From positions 7,727,353 through 7,791,352 of the forward strand of contig CM082585.2 in NCBI GenBank assembly GCA_040954595.2: 64,000 nucleotides of DNA, given 5' to 3'. The DNA is from Balanoglossus misakiensis. Taxonomy: Eukaryota > Animalia > Hemichordata. Made by a program: the position numbers and the translations under genes. The number at the start of each line of letters is the position of its first letter. The stretch's first letter is position 1. Shown piece by piece: positions 1-25,248 of this stretch. The notes beneath the pieces are model-generated. The model worked only from the letters and a program-made list of their open reading frames with translations, did not search any database and was not told the DNA's origin.

Positions 1-548
1 GACACAATATATTCTGACTGTTGTATATAGTGGAGTCTAGAGTAGCTTTATTTACAATGTCTTACTCATACAAGGATCTGAAAATATAAGTTTACCATCT
101 GAAAATTGTCCACTTGGAACTATATGACTCTGCATGCACTATGAGAACTCCTATCAGCATTAAAATCATTTTGAGTAGAACATTTGTTTTAGCTATCAGA
201 AGACAAGAACATATGTTTCATCCGTGATCATTTTTAGAACAAAAAAGCATACAACTTCATTCATCTCTTGAAGAAGAAAAAAATAGATTCTTATATTTTC
301 AGATCAAGTCAATGCATGTTTTTTGATCCATAACTTCTTTCCATTATTGATTTCGCCTTGTTTGCACATTACGACAATGACATCGCTTCTTTCCATCATA
401 TTTTTTATTATTCATGCATGTATATATATATATCACCATTCATCTGTGATGCATGCTGTACCTAACCTGTCATATGTTCCATTTTTTTCTCTCTCTATCT
501 GTCCATTTTCATCTTCCTCCTCTCCCAAACCCCCCTCAAAAAAAACAG

Positions 549-3547
549 CCGGGACTTCAAAACGAGATAAGCTCGCACAGTATAAAACGGCAATCGCGGC
601 GGGCCAGACAGATAGACGAGGCAGTCAGGGCGGCGGTGGTGGCGGTCGGGCTCGTCCGAGCGACGATCGGGCGGAGACCAAAAAGGTGGCCAGCGTGCGG
701 GAGCGATCCCGGCTGGTCGACGGACTGGCGACCCACCGCCGCACCAAGCGGGGCAGCAGCACCACCGCCAGTGCCAGTGTCTCCACGCAGGACAAAGGCC
801 TCAGCAGGCTGTCCAACAAGTGGGACATTTCCCTCGAGGTCACTGAGGCGGCCATGACTCGGCTGCAACAAAAGTTGATAGCGAAAGTTGACATCTTCCC
901 AGAACCCTCGTCGTTGTGTATGTATAGACCTAACCAAACAAATGCTCATTGCTATTAAAAAGAATGCCAAATACATCATAATAATAGTTTTAAAAAAATT
1001 AAAAATAGATTCATTTGCAGTCATTTTTGTTCTGCCAGGCATTAGCTATTATTATTATTTTTAGCATTTTTATTTATAATATTAAACTGAAACAGGTGTG
1101 TATTATTCTGTAAATGTAGATTATAACTGCTAGCAATGAGCATGATTGGTGAATCAAAACTGGGCTGATGTTAATATCTTTCGGTTATCTGCTTTTCGTT
1201 GCTGTTGACGTTTAACTAACAAACTTAACACGAAGGCGCCGCCGTTCATTGACTCACTTGCACTGAGTAGATTAGAACGTAGAGTTAGTGTCTGCCCTGA
1301 AACAGGTTTTCTGCCCCCTCCAGATAAATAAAGTACATTTTGGGGGGAGGCTATAGTAGATTGAAAGTTAAACTCTCACAGCCAGCGGTGCGATGCAAAG
1401 TTCGTTTGCATACACCCATAGCTGTCGTTTGCGCTATATATCGCCGAAAATCGTACACTGCAACGACACAAACTAATCTCGACAATGCTTGTGTCCGAAC
1501 AGTCGCACGGCAGATGAAGACGATAAACTACGCCTACTCTTCCCAGAAGTGCCGAGAAGAGGGATGGACACTCCGGCCCCCGTCGCCGTTATTCGAGGAA
1601 GAGGCCGCACCCGAAGTGTTTGAACCGGAACCCTTACCACCGGCTTTCAGTGTCAAGGTCAGAATCCATTGTCTTGTTTTTATTACTGTGTAACTCTTGT
1701 CACAAGTACATAATAAGATTTTGATTGAATTGCTTTCAATATGATGAACTTTCTTCTCTCTTTAAAAATGATAAATTTCACACTATTGATTACATCTTTT
1801 GATTTAACCATTTGCAGGATAGAAAACACGAGCGTCCCTTGGTTCAGAAGTTTTACGAAAATGGAAACAAGTTTTTAACAATCTTTGCAGATGGAACTGG
1901 GAATGTGTTGTATCCTTTGTATAAACAACATTCCAAGATATTATCTTGGAAGTCTTAGTAATATGCCATCAAATATAAGGAATTTCATTGACACTTACTT
2001 CATACATCTGCATTATGACAGTTTCCCCAAACTTGTTATTTGTCCTGACGTTTTCAATTCAGCTATCCAACGGGCAACCTTGCCATCTTGATCAGTTCTG
2101 CCAAGAGAGGGCAGTACAACTATGTAGTCCTGGATGATCTTCCCAACAGCGCGGCGATGTTGGCGACTTTTGAGCCCCACGGCAGAGGTACCTGTTATTA
2201 CAATAACGGCATTATCAGGTTTGTATTCATTTTCATGACCTTTACATGACATTACATGCTGGTGTTTAAACCGTATGTGGTGGTCAAAATTCACCATTTT
2301 GTTTTGAAATTCTCTGTTACATAAATTTTATCTTTTTTTTCTCCAGATTAAATATGACTGAATACGGAGGCATATTCTGCGATTCCAATGGTGCCAGAAA
2401 GAAGATATGGAACTGGCGCGACCTTTTGACCCACGTCCACGCGCCCCCGTTCCAGCCAATCTGCATCGCGCTGAACAAGTACATCGCAGTGCGGGTGCAG
2501 TCACAGGAACACATCTACCTGACTATAAACTGCGACATGAGAAGCGCCAGGTTCAACACGGGCGTCAAACTCAAGGTGGGCGTATTTCAGTGGGTGTTGC
2601 CATGGAAACTAATGATTTGGTTACGATGTGAACATTTTAAAATGAGTAACTGATAAAACTTTTCAAATTGTTGTGCTTTGATAGAAACCAATGGCAATGC
2701 ATGTATACATACATACATACATGCTCACACAAAATGCCTAATATAGCAGTGTCAATGAAATGATTGAAGTAAACGTATTTGTACTTACAGTCCTGTTGCA
2801 TTTTTGCTTACAGCTAGTGAAGCCTGATAATCTACCAGAACCAGAGATAGACGACGATGATTTGTTTATCAGAGATACAAGAGCCTATGTGCAGTAAGTA
2901 CAGCCCAGCTTGCCCATCCTCCATTGATGTGACCTCTGACCTATGACCTCTTCAATCATAGAACACAATACATGCAATAGGACTGTTTTAATTTATGAAG
3001 GGATTTGGGGAGGAACTATAAAAATGGCAATGACACTGTTTGCAGATTGATAATAACAGGTGTCTGTGTTACTCTATGAAACTTAGGAAAATTGCTCCAG
3101 GCTATAGAGGGCGCCACACTCGTGTAGTGAATATCATTAGTTTGCCCACACATGATTGGTTGTCTTACCAGGGAGCAGGGGGGAACTCTTCCATCCTTTC
3201 ACCCCCGATTTTGTGTGTGCTCTTCCAGCCAGTCCATTGCACAACAATGGGGCCAGACCACAGAATAGCAGAGAAGCGGGTGGACCACAGCACAGCAGCC
3301 ATTCAGCATGTTTTCTTTGAAGTTTGACACAGCAGATGAATTCCTGTCTGATTTTTTCTTCGTCTTTTGCAGATCCATCCTGGACAAAGTACAGAACCTG
3401 TTGAAGTTCTCCAAGTCGCCGAAACTGGAGCAGATCCAGCCACCGCTGCACCTGGCGCACCAGATCCAGCGCAACGCCCGACTCAAACAGAAATCGCTCC
3501 AGCAGAAAAGCAAAAACAAAGACTCTCCGCTTGTCAGTGTCAATTGA
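549..3547 (+). CDS. ERICH6: ERICH6/FAM194-family (glutamate-rich protein 6-like) gene, 3' part; 5' exons lie outside the window
   Basis: Phase-consistent exons 549-917, 1503-1657, 1818-1909, 2063-2218, 2347-2575, 2814-2893, 3373-3547 (TGA). The joined peptide (KTINYAYSSQKCREEGW...[33 protein letters not shown]...GRGTCYYNNGIIRLNMTEYGGIFCDSNGARKKIWNW...FQPICIALNKYIAVRVQSQEHIYL...RFNTGVKLKL) resembles the FAM194 domain as recalled. Exon 549-917 is the least certain. Confidence 0.78.
1910..2062 (+). other. U12-type (minor spliceosome) GT-AG intron in the ERICH6-like gene
   Basis: 5' site GTATCCTTTG (1910-1919) matches the RTATCCTTT consensus. A branch-like TTTGTCCTGAC (2039-2049) lies about 13 nt from the AG at 2061-2062. 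Splicing restores TT|C TAT CCA (F-Y-P). Confidence 0.8.
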
Positions 3548-4470
3548 ATTTCTTTTCGAGTGTTGTGCTGTGTAGACCTGCCTCACAACTCCGCTTCAAA
3601 CTCCACCAGAATTATTATGAGATTTATTTTCAAAGTGTCCAACATTCCTGATGTAAATATTTAAATAAATCCACCCACCTGTCCTGTAGATTTCTTGTGA
3701 AAAAAAGACCCACATATATTAACTACATGACATTTTCAATTACAGAAATAAGCCCTAGATGTTGTACTTTATCATTGGAGACTTGACAATGTGTATATTT
3801 TCTGGAAAAGATGCATTTGAATGATAATTTACCATAAATTAGCATATTATTCTCACAAAATCATGAGTGAAATTTTGATCAGAGTACGGTAAATTATTAA
3901 GTGAAGAAATGTGTATATATTGAAGGGAAATATTTTTACATTTTAAAGTCCTCTGTATAATGATGCATATTTTTTATCGTTTACTTTATATACAGGGCGT
4001 CTCAATTTTTGTGTGTGTAGATAACGTCCTTTGGTGAAATTATGTGTTTTACTTACATGCAGGTGTGCTGGCTGTAGTATTCAAATTACATGCAAATAGA
4101 TCTCTAGATCACAGATCTTCCTATGTTTTTTATGCAATTATGAGTAAATTTAAGTGAAGGTGTGCTGGACATAGTATGCAAATTATGTGCGAAAAATTCT
4201 TTTTCATTACTTCAGTGCAAATCTCTTCTCATTGTAGATACCTGTAGAATGAAAGAAAGCTGTATGAAAGTGGCAAGAGCTCTTTTCCAAGTTTGACGCT
4301 GGCTCCATTCGATGAAAACATTCTGAAGTGAATGATAACTAAGATTGCCTTCTCTCAGGTCTTGATTCCATCCACAACCAATCAAAATCATGCTATTTAC
4401 AAAGAACAAATACCGAATTCTTCTTCCTGTAAACAATCCGTCCGCATTTCATATATTAAAAAAAAAGTGA

Positions 4471-4527
4471 AATAAAATAAAAAAACACAATCAACAAAAA
4501 CTTGAGTCTTCCTTGCACTGTTTTATT
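4471..4527. terminator. Convergent polyadenylation signals of ERICH6-like (+) and COG3 (-)
   Basis: AATAAA on + at 4471-4476 and AATAAA on - at 4522-4527, each about 1 kb downstream of the respective stop codon. Confidence 0.5.
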
Positions 4528-5545
4528 TAACTAATTATTTCCCTCAATACAGTCATATTTTACAGAATTCATTTTCCCATTTTTCCCCCTGTATGACACC
4601 AAGACTCAAGAAAAATGTATATGTACATGCTTTTTAACGTAATCTGATCCGTATATATCTACAAAAATGTCCACTTCCACTTTATGAAAGTCATACTTAA
4701 GTTATTTAAAATAAAAGGCCATTATTCTCATAGTACTGTCCCCGTCCTCCAATAAGCATTTGCCAGTATAACATATGAATGTTGTACCAATGGCTGCTCA
4801 GGCTCTCAGCCTATTATGCTAATATATCATACATATTCACGCTAATTTATGCAAATATATGCATTTGAAAGTTCCAGCTTCCATTGGCCATTTATTTGAA
4901 ACCTCAAAAGAAGCTTTAAATCTGCATATACCAATACTGTGCATATTTTTGCACATTCAAACCTCCAAAATAATTGAAAGTAAAAGTTTTGTTGCCTTTG
5001 TTCTGCAGAGATTATGACAGCATACACAGCCAGTTGGGAGATGTACCAAGGTTTGGGGAAAAATGCATGTACAACAACAAAAAGGAAGAACTTAACCTTG
5101 CTATGCAGACTTTTTGAGAGAAATTTTACTATCGGAATGTCTGGGTGAAAAGCAATTCTTTCAAAACAAAACCTTATATTTTGAACTTTACCCAACCCTG
5201 CTTTTGTTTTGCTTAATTTCCCTCTCTGTATAGTACAAAATTTTCAAAATTGCTCCGGGAAAAAAACATCACAATATCAACAACCCCTAGCCCTACATCC
5301 CATGTCACCAAAATGCATGCAACAATTTGATTGGTCAATCATGTGATCATCACATGCTACAAAGTGTCCAATAGGACCCTGTCAGTCACATCACATGAGT
5401 ATCACATGATGTAAATGAACCAATGGGGCACCTGGAATGTTTTGGATCTTGGGGACATCCATCTTGGGTGGAGACAGCTTCAGTTATTCCAAAACCACTC
5501 CTCAGTTTTCCATCACCACCTGGAATTGCAGTGATTCCGGGATCT

Positions 5546-18989
<13,444 letters not shown>

Positions 18990-19213
18990 CTTCGCTACGT
19001 CCACCATTAACTCCCACAATACCTCAGTCGACCCGGAAGTGAAACCTTACATGCGACCTTTGACACCTGAAGGTCGGAGTTGATTCACTTTCGCAGCCGT
19101 AATCACGTACATATCAGATGCCGGTTTCGTTGTCGAGCAAATTATGTTTTTAGCGACGATCTCATACCTCAATAGTTAATTTAAGGGCAGACGGGTTCCA
19201 GGGTTTGTACAAG
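18990..19213. promoter_or_regulatory. Putative bidirectional promoter of COG3 and PARL
   Basis: The divergent ATGs are separated by only 224 bp. An ETS/GABP-type CCGGAAGT is at 19033-19040, a YY1-like AAGATGGC overlaps the COG3 start, and the stretch is locally CpG-rich. Confidence 0.7.
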
Positions 19214-21680
19214 ATGCCGGGGATTTTATCAAGAATTTTGCTGAAGTCGTCAAATGTTGGTTTGAAGTCTGGCACATGGAAATGTGACGGGTGGCGGTAA
19301 GTGCAAAGTTTAGCTCTATTTACTATATTTACTGATTACAAGAAATCTAAGAAAGATGGCGAAATATCGACAAGAACTAATGCTGGAATCAAGCAGTGAA
19401 AATGATGTCCTTCTTTGTCTGAAATAGAAGTCTGGTACACTGCCTTGCTACTTACTTTGAACAAAGCATTACTGTATTTCATATTGTAGGTTTCAGCAGA
19501 GTCGTTCGTTTCTACGGAAACAAGATGAGGCGGGCAGAAGGAAGGGATTTTCCCCAAAGGACAAAGGTTCACTGAACAAGAGTGGAGACAAAAGGACACA
19601 AACTGAAATAGTCAAAGCCAAATTGGGTAAAAAAGACAGTCTTGAACATATAGAAGTTGAATATGCCCAACCGGTTGCAGTTCCATTCAGTAGACTTGTA
19701 CGTCCATTCCTATTCGCAGTTGGGGTAAGGATCATCATTCGTTCCATGTCAATAAAACCATAACAAAATGAGTTCATGTGTGCATTCTGAGTTGTTTTTA
19801 TACCATGTCTGAATCTCAGGAGAGTTTACTTATGTCAAACGAAGAATCTCGTTGGAGATGCATAAAAAAAATCTCACACAAAATATAAAGTGATGTTCAA
19901 ATATAGAGCAATTTGCCCGTGATTAAAAGCTGCACATGTTATGTTCATAGTTTACAGGGTGTACATTTGGGGTGGCTACAATATGGCAGTATGAAGAAAT
20001 GAGGCGGTCTCTCTTTAATCGTGTTTTCGGATCCCAGTACAGTGATTTGTACACTGTACCTAAACTGGGCAGCATCAGACAAAAGGTGGGTATTGTTCTT
20101 GTAGTAACAAATGCGTAATTCAGTTGGGGAAAAAATTAAACACTAAACTCCCTACACACAGGAAATTATAGGAACACTTTATTTTACCAAATACCACTGT
20201 AAAGACGAAAACTTATAATCTCTTTGAAATTGTGAATTTCTGGAATTTCAGATAAACCAATGGTGGAATAATTTGTCGGATGGCAGAAAAGTGGCAGTGG
20301 CAATCACTGCAGCCAACGTGCTGGTCTTCCTGGCGTGGAGAGTGCCAGCGTTCCAGAACACCATGTTGAAGTGGTTCACTTCAAATCCGGCGTCAAGTAA
20401 GTCACAGGAAGCCTGTTCTGTTAGTAACGTCGAGAAATCCTTGATGTACTCTATGTGGTTTATCAGTAGTCAGTATGCGACATTTGGCTCCATAGTAGGC
20501 CATTGTAACCATAGAAACCTAACAATTCATTTTCTGTTCTTTTTACAGAAGCAATATGTTTGCCGATGTTGTTTTCAACGTTCAGTCACTACTCCCTGTG
20601 GCATATATTAATAAATATGTATGTTTTGTGGAGTTTTGCTGACACTGCGGGTAAAATGTTCGGAAAAGAGCAGTTTTTAGCTCTGTACTTGTCAACCGGT
20701 AAGTGTCTTATTACCAGTCTCAGAACTTCATAGAAAACAAAAACAAATAATGAACTGGATACAATTTGATTTTTACACTAGTATGAATTTTTCAATGTTT
20801 TAAGATAATTTTCTAAGTGGAAATGTTTGGTTTATTGCAGGTGTATGGGCTTCTTTAGCTAGCTATGCAAATAAGATAGCCATAGGCAGGTTCAATCCGT
20901 CACTGGGTGCTGTAAGTATGGATTCACTTAGGAGGAAAATATTTGCTTTGTGAATTTTTGTCCCCAGGAACACTGGCTTGCCTATGTACAATAAGAAATT
21001 TGCCAAATCACTAAGCAGGAAGTAACCACTCCTTCCCACCTACATTAAATGTTTTCCGTTTTTTTTTTCAGTCAGCAGCAATCATGGCTATTCTCGGCAC
21101 AGTGTGTACCAGGTTTCCAGATTCTCAGCTTCAAATTGTTTTCCTTCCGTTCTTCTCATTTTCTGCTGGCACGGTGAGTTTCAACCCTGTTGTTAAAGTG
21201 ACGCTTCTTTATTACAGAAATTATCAATAATAGAGAAATTTTTGACAGTTTAGAAACATGATTTGCAACATTGCATCAAAACAGCGATTCTCTTACACAT
21301 AGATCTCAGTGGTGGCAACCCAAGTAATCAAAGTATGTTTCCGTTTCATTTCAGGGGTTGATGGCTATTGTAGGGATAGAAACTGCCGGTGTTTTGTTGA
21401 GATGGTCATTTTTCGACCATGCTGGTCATCTTGCAGGTGTACTTGCTGGGTGGTAAGAACTACATGTATTAAGTTCCTCTTCAACTGCTTCAGCACTGCA
21501 GTCAGCATATTGGATTCATTGGAATTTCTACTCTCCTTGTCTCTATGGTAGTAATCGCTCACCTGTCCCTCGATTGATTTTAGGTACTACGCCAAGTATG
21601 GCCACAAGCAAATCTGGGGAAACAGAGAGCCAATCATGAAAGCGTGGCACAAGCTCAGAGGGTCGCCCAAGGAGTCCTAA
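19214..21680 (+). CDS. PARL: Presenilin-associated rhomboid-like mitochondrial intramembrane protease, 9 exons
   Basis: Exons 19214-19296, 19490-19724, 19951-20085, 20252-20396, 20549-20698, 20841-20911, 21072-21173, 21355-21452, 21584-21680 (TAA). Peptides IWQYE, WWNNLSDG..AANVLVFLAWRVP..FTSNPAS, STFSHYS..NMYVLWSF, SLGA|SAAIM (catalytic Ser), FDHAGHLAG (catalytic His), YGHKQIWGNREP; basic presequence-like N-terminus. Confidence 0.95.
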
Positions 21681-22743
21681 AAAGGAGATGATGCCAGTGA
21701 TACGCCGATTAACCTAAATGGACAGTTTCGCTGGTCTGCTACAAGAAATCTGATAGTAGACTACGGAGATGATATAAGGGACACTGATATACTGAACAAC
21801 CTTCTGTGTTTTTCAGTCCCTTTGCCGAGTAGTGCTAGGGGGTGTACCATAGTCATGTTTCCAGTACAGTGGGCGGGGCACTTCTGCCTTAATTTATTCT
21901 CATGAAAATAAAATAACACAACTGAGTGGTCTGTTGACAAACACTGATGATGTTCATTGAATGCCAGTCTTATGTCAACAGTCAGCATTTTTGTTATATT
22001 AGCCGAGCTGTGGTACATGGTTTGCATGTTATGATTTATACAGAGCTGTGTAAAACCATGGTCCCTCCTGCTGTGTGGAGGGACTGTAAAAACAATGTGA
22101 AATAAAATATTGAAAATTATATGTTGTTGGTGTAGCATAGCCAATGCACAACACTCAAGTCCAATTTCTAAAAGACTGACCCTTTTCGCGATAAATGAGG
22201 GATTCTTAGTGATAATTACATAGCGCCCTCAGTGTCCGAATTTGTGAACAGAACTATGGTTCCGTCAGTGGACTGTTTTCGGACAGTATCTATGTATTAA
22301 ATGAAAGTATAAATTAATAAATCCATCAGTTTTAACTTGTATACGAGTTGTCAACTTTGGTTGTTTGTTTTAGTTTTCCATTGGACTGCAAGTTGGTGAA
22401 AATTGAAACCCCACCCATCACAAGAACAAGTGCTTACAATGTAATATCACATTCTTGAATGGCTAGATGCTCACTAAAAACTTGATTCACATTCAGATTT
22501 CAAGCCAATGACAGATTTGCTACCAAACAAGACCTACAAAAAAGGACAGTGAAACATCTTGAAAGTTCAGTCGTATTTTCTCTAAGTAAATACGCTAGCA
22601 AATACAGTTCACAACAAATATGTAAACACTTTCAATGAAACTGACAACTGAAATACGTTATTTTTCCTCGCTAAAGAGCTCTAGTCTAGGGTTAAGTTTT
22701 ATTTTCAATTCTGTCTCGTCTGTACCTGAGCATCGTTCAAAGG

Positions 22744-23529
22744 CTACAGAATAAAAGGTATGATGGCTTTTCTTCTCGCTGGGTAGAGTTTTCTTCCCCT
22801 TTTCCCATCGAAGTAACTCCTATACTGAGAGTGATAGTTCAGAGCTCTGAACGTCACTGCAATGGCGGATGCAATCAGGAACACCAAAGCAGGTAAACTT
22901 TTCGAGGCGATGAAAAATCCTGTCCAAGAGACAATTTCGAAGAAGTAGTGTGGACATGCGATGTACTCGAATAAGCCACCTTCGGGCATGACTCGTTGTC
23001 GCTTGTCTAAGTCCTCGTTCTTGTAGAGCGAAGTTTCTCGCAGATTTCGCAATCTGAAGTGCGAGAGCCCGTTTCCGATTTCACCGACAGCGAAAATCAA
23101 CGCTCCCGTTGACAAGCTGTGGAAATCCGTGAGCTGGTCGCTGATGTACGGACGGAGGGACATCCCTACGAAAAGGGCGAACGAGAAATAGTAGATGAAG
23201 CCGCCGGCGGCTTCGTAGAGAGGCATATCGCGTCTGTATATGTGGACGAGCAGCACTTCGAGAATCCTTTTGGCGAAGTGACCACAGAACAACAGTGAAA
23301 GGATCGTAAAGCCAAGTCCGACATCTCCCGATACGTACGTATCACGATAGTTTTCCACAAAGGGCGTGCCGACAAAAGGTATTTCTAAATCGTGTATGCC
23401 ACTTACGAAGAATCCGATGCCGTATCCGACTATAGCTCCAGCGTACATGGGAACAGTGCCGAGAATCGGGCATGTACCAGTTGTGGCCAGGCACTGACTT
23501 CGCTGTTGATGTTGCTTGGTGTCCGCCAT
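22744..23529 (-). CDS. Intronless steroid 5-alpha-reductase / very-long-chain enoyl-CoA reductase (TECR) family membrane protein, 261 aa
   Basis: Motifs HFAKRILEVLLVH, GEIGNGLSHFRLRNLR, PEGGLFEYIACPHYFFEIVSW, HSQY..YF..YPARRKAIIPFIL. ATG at 23529 in good Kozak context (ATCATGG); AATAAA on - at 22698-22703. Confidence 0.88.
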   Translation of the reverse strand: MADTKQHQQRSQCLATTGTCPILGTVPMYAGAIVGYGIGFFVSGIHDLEIPFVGTPFVENYRDTYVSGDVGLGFTILSLLFCGHFAKRILEVLLVHIYRRDMPLYEAAGGFIYYFSFALFVGMSLRPYISDQLTDFHSLSTGALIFAVGEIGNGLSHFRLRNLRETSLYKNEDLDKRQRVMPEGGLFEYIACPHYFFEIVSWTGFFIASKSLPALVFLIASAIAVTFRALNYHSQYRSYFDGKRGRKLYPARRKAIIPFIL

Positions 23530-25248
23530 GATTGTTGTCCCTTCTTTCCTCAGCTGAGCAGCCTCGTTCAAATGTGATATTGTAAAGTACATGCTCAATG
23601 CATTCTTAAAGTTTACGCTGTGATTATCTTAAGAAATGTAAATAAAAATTCTTATAATAATGTGCACCATATTATGTTGATGAGTGTTTGTCTAAAGTGT
23701 CAAAAGAACACGAGTAAATAATGTACTGGTAGTAAATTTGCGTACGAGGATCATGCTACCTGTTGATCAATGCTGGCGACTCGTGGATCATTCAAACACA
23801 GCCACAAGTTGCTGCCATTCGTGGGCGTATGAGATTTGATATCATAAATAAATGTTAAGCTCGATGAGGGTGATTTATCAGCTGGTTAGGTTAGGCCAAG
23901 GTATGCCAGATGAGGTTTTCTATCGCTAGGTTTACAGTACGCACTGAAATGACCACGTCCCTAGCAACCGAGTCATCCGCATCATAATGAGGAAGGGCTG
24001 ACAATTTTGACACTCTAAATGGGTCAATAGGATTTTATTTTCCGATAAGGTGCGGCATCATTCGTTATTTCTCAGTGGTACGCACGTCAGGTTGTGTTTT
24101 CTATTGTATTTTTATTGGGTGATCATTTATCGTTAGGCCTAACTGTGCCACTTCCTGCCGCCTGAGGGCGTGTCTACATGACAAAATCACATAGCTTCAG
24201 TTGCGTTGGTTGCTACGGTGATTTGGTTCCGCGAGTCCTGGGTGTAGGAGTGTCATAAAACACTGGGTATTTCGTTGCCTGCTGTACAAGTATTATGCGA
24301 CACATATTCTCCGGTTACCTCACCTGGCACGCGCACGTATACACGTCTATGCGTGCGTGCACATGCACTTCGTACGCGCCCACTATCACACACGCTCACC
24401 GAAACACACGTTGGGGAGCGTCCAGAAAAAACTACGCTATCGCTATAAATAGCAATGAATCATGTACAAGTTCAATGTAACATAGCGTGCATGTACTGAC
24501 ACAGCAGACAATGGATATAAAATGTTTCCAAGTCCAAAGGTACAAATACCCCGCCCTATTAACCCTGGGTACGCCCGCTTTGTATGAAAATGACATGTAT
24601 ATCAATCTCTTCGAGGTCGCTTTGCATTTTAGGATACCGATGCAACCACGCAGTAGCCACGGTTGCGGGGATTGACATTGCGCGCCCCCACTTAGCATAA
24701 ACTCAACAGGTTGTCACAATCGACTTGTGACGGTATTATTCTATCACAGAGAAGGCAAGCGAGGATTATAGAGAAGACAATAGTCGCCGAGAACTTCTCG
24801 TCCAAATATTCATGATAAGTGGTCACTCCCAAGACTGGACATGTAGGGGACGACTATACGCAGTTTGATAACTAAAGGTATGTGCGAGTTTGTAGCTGAA
24901 AAAAATTAAGACGTGTCGATCTGCTGGGGTTACTGGCTAAGTACCGTCACTGAACACCCCCATGCGTAAGTTTGCGTTTGTTTTGAATACACTCACAGTG
25001 GCGTGCGGTGTTGAAAGCATAACTGTGTGTGTATTGACAGTGATATGTCGATTTCACGGTTACCATTGATTTAATTAACCGACGGATTCCTCCACAGGCC
25101 GACTGTATGTATATCTTTCTGACTTGTCAATTTCACCGGGTGTCTCCTTCCGCGCTACTGAGCATGTTTGGTGTCGTCTTGTTTTTGTTTGACCCTCTCG
25201 ATTGTTGGCACCGTAGGTTCAGCCACACATTTCGTGTTTGGTACCGTT

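Noticed and set aside
4212-4241. Candidate minus-strand terminal exon (VSTMRRDLH*) for COG3
   Set aside because: It has a good acceptor but no similarity to the COG3 C-terminus, and it lies beyond the poly(A) signal; the exon at 5546-5575 fits much better.
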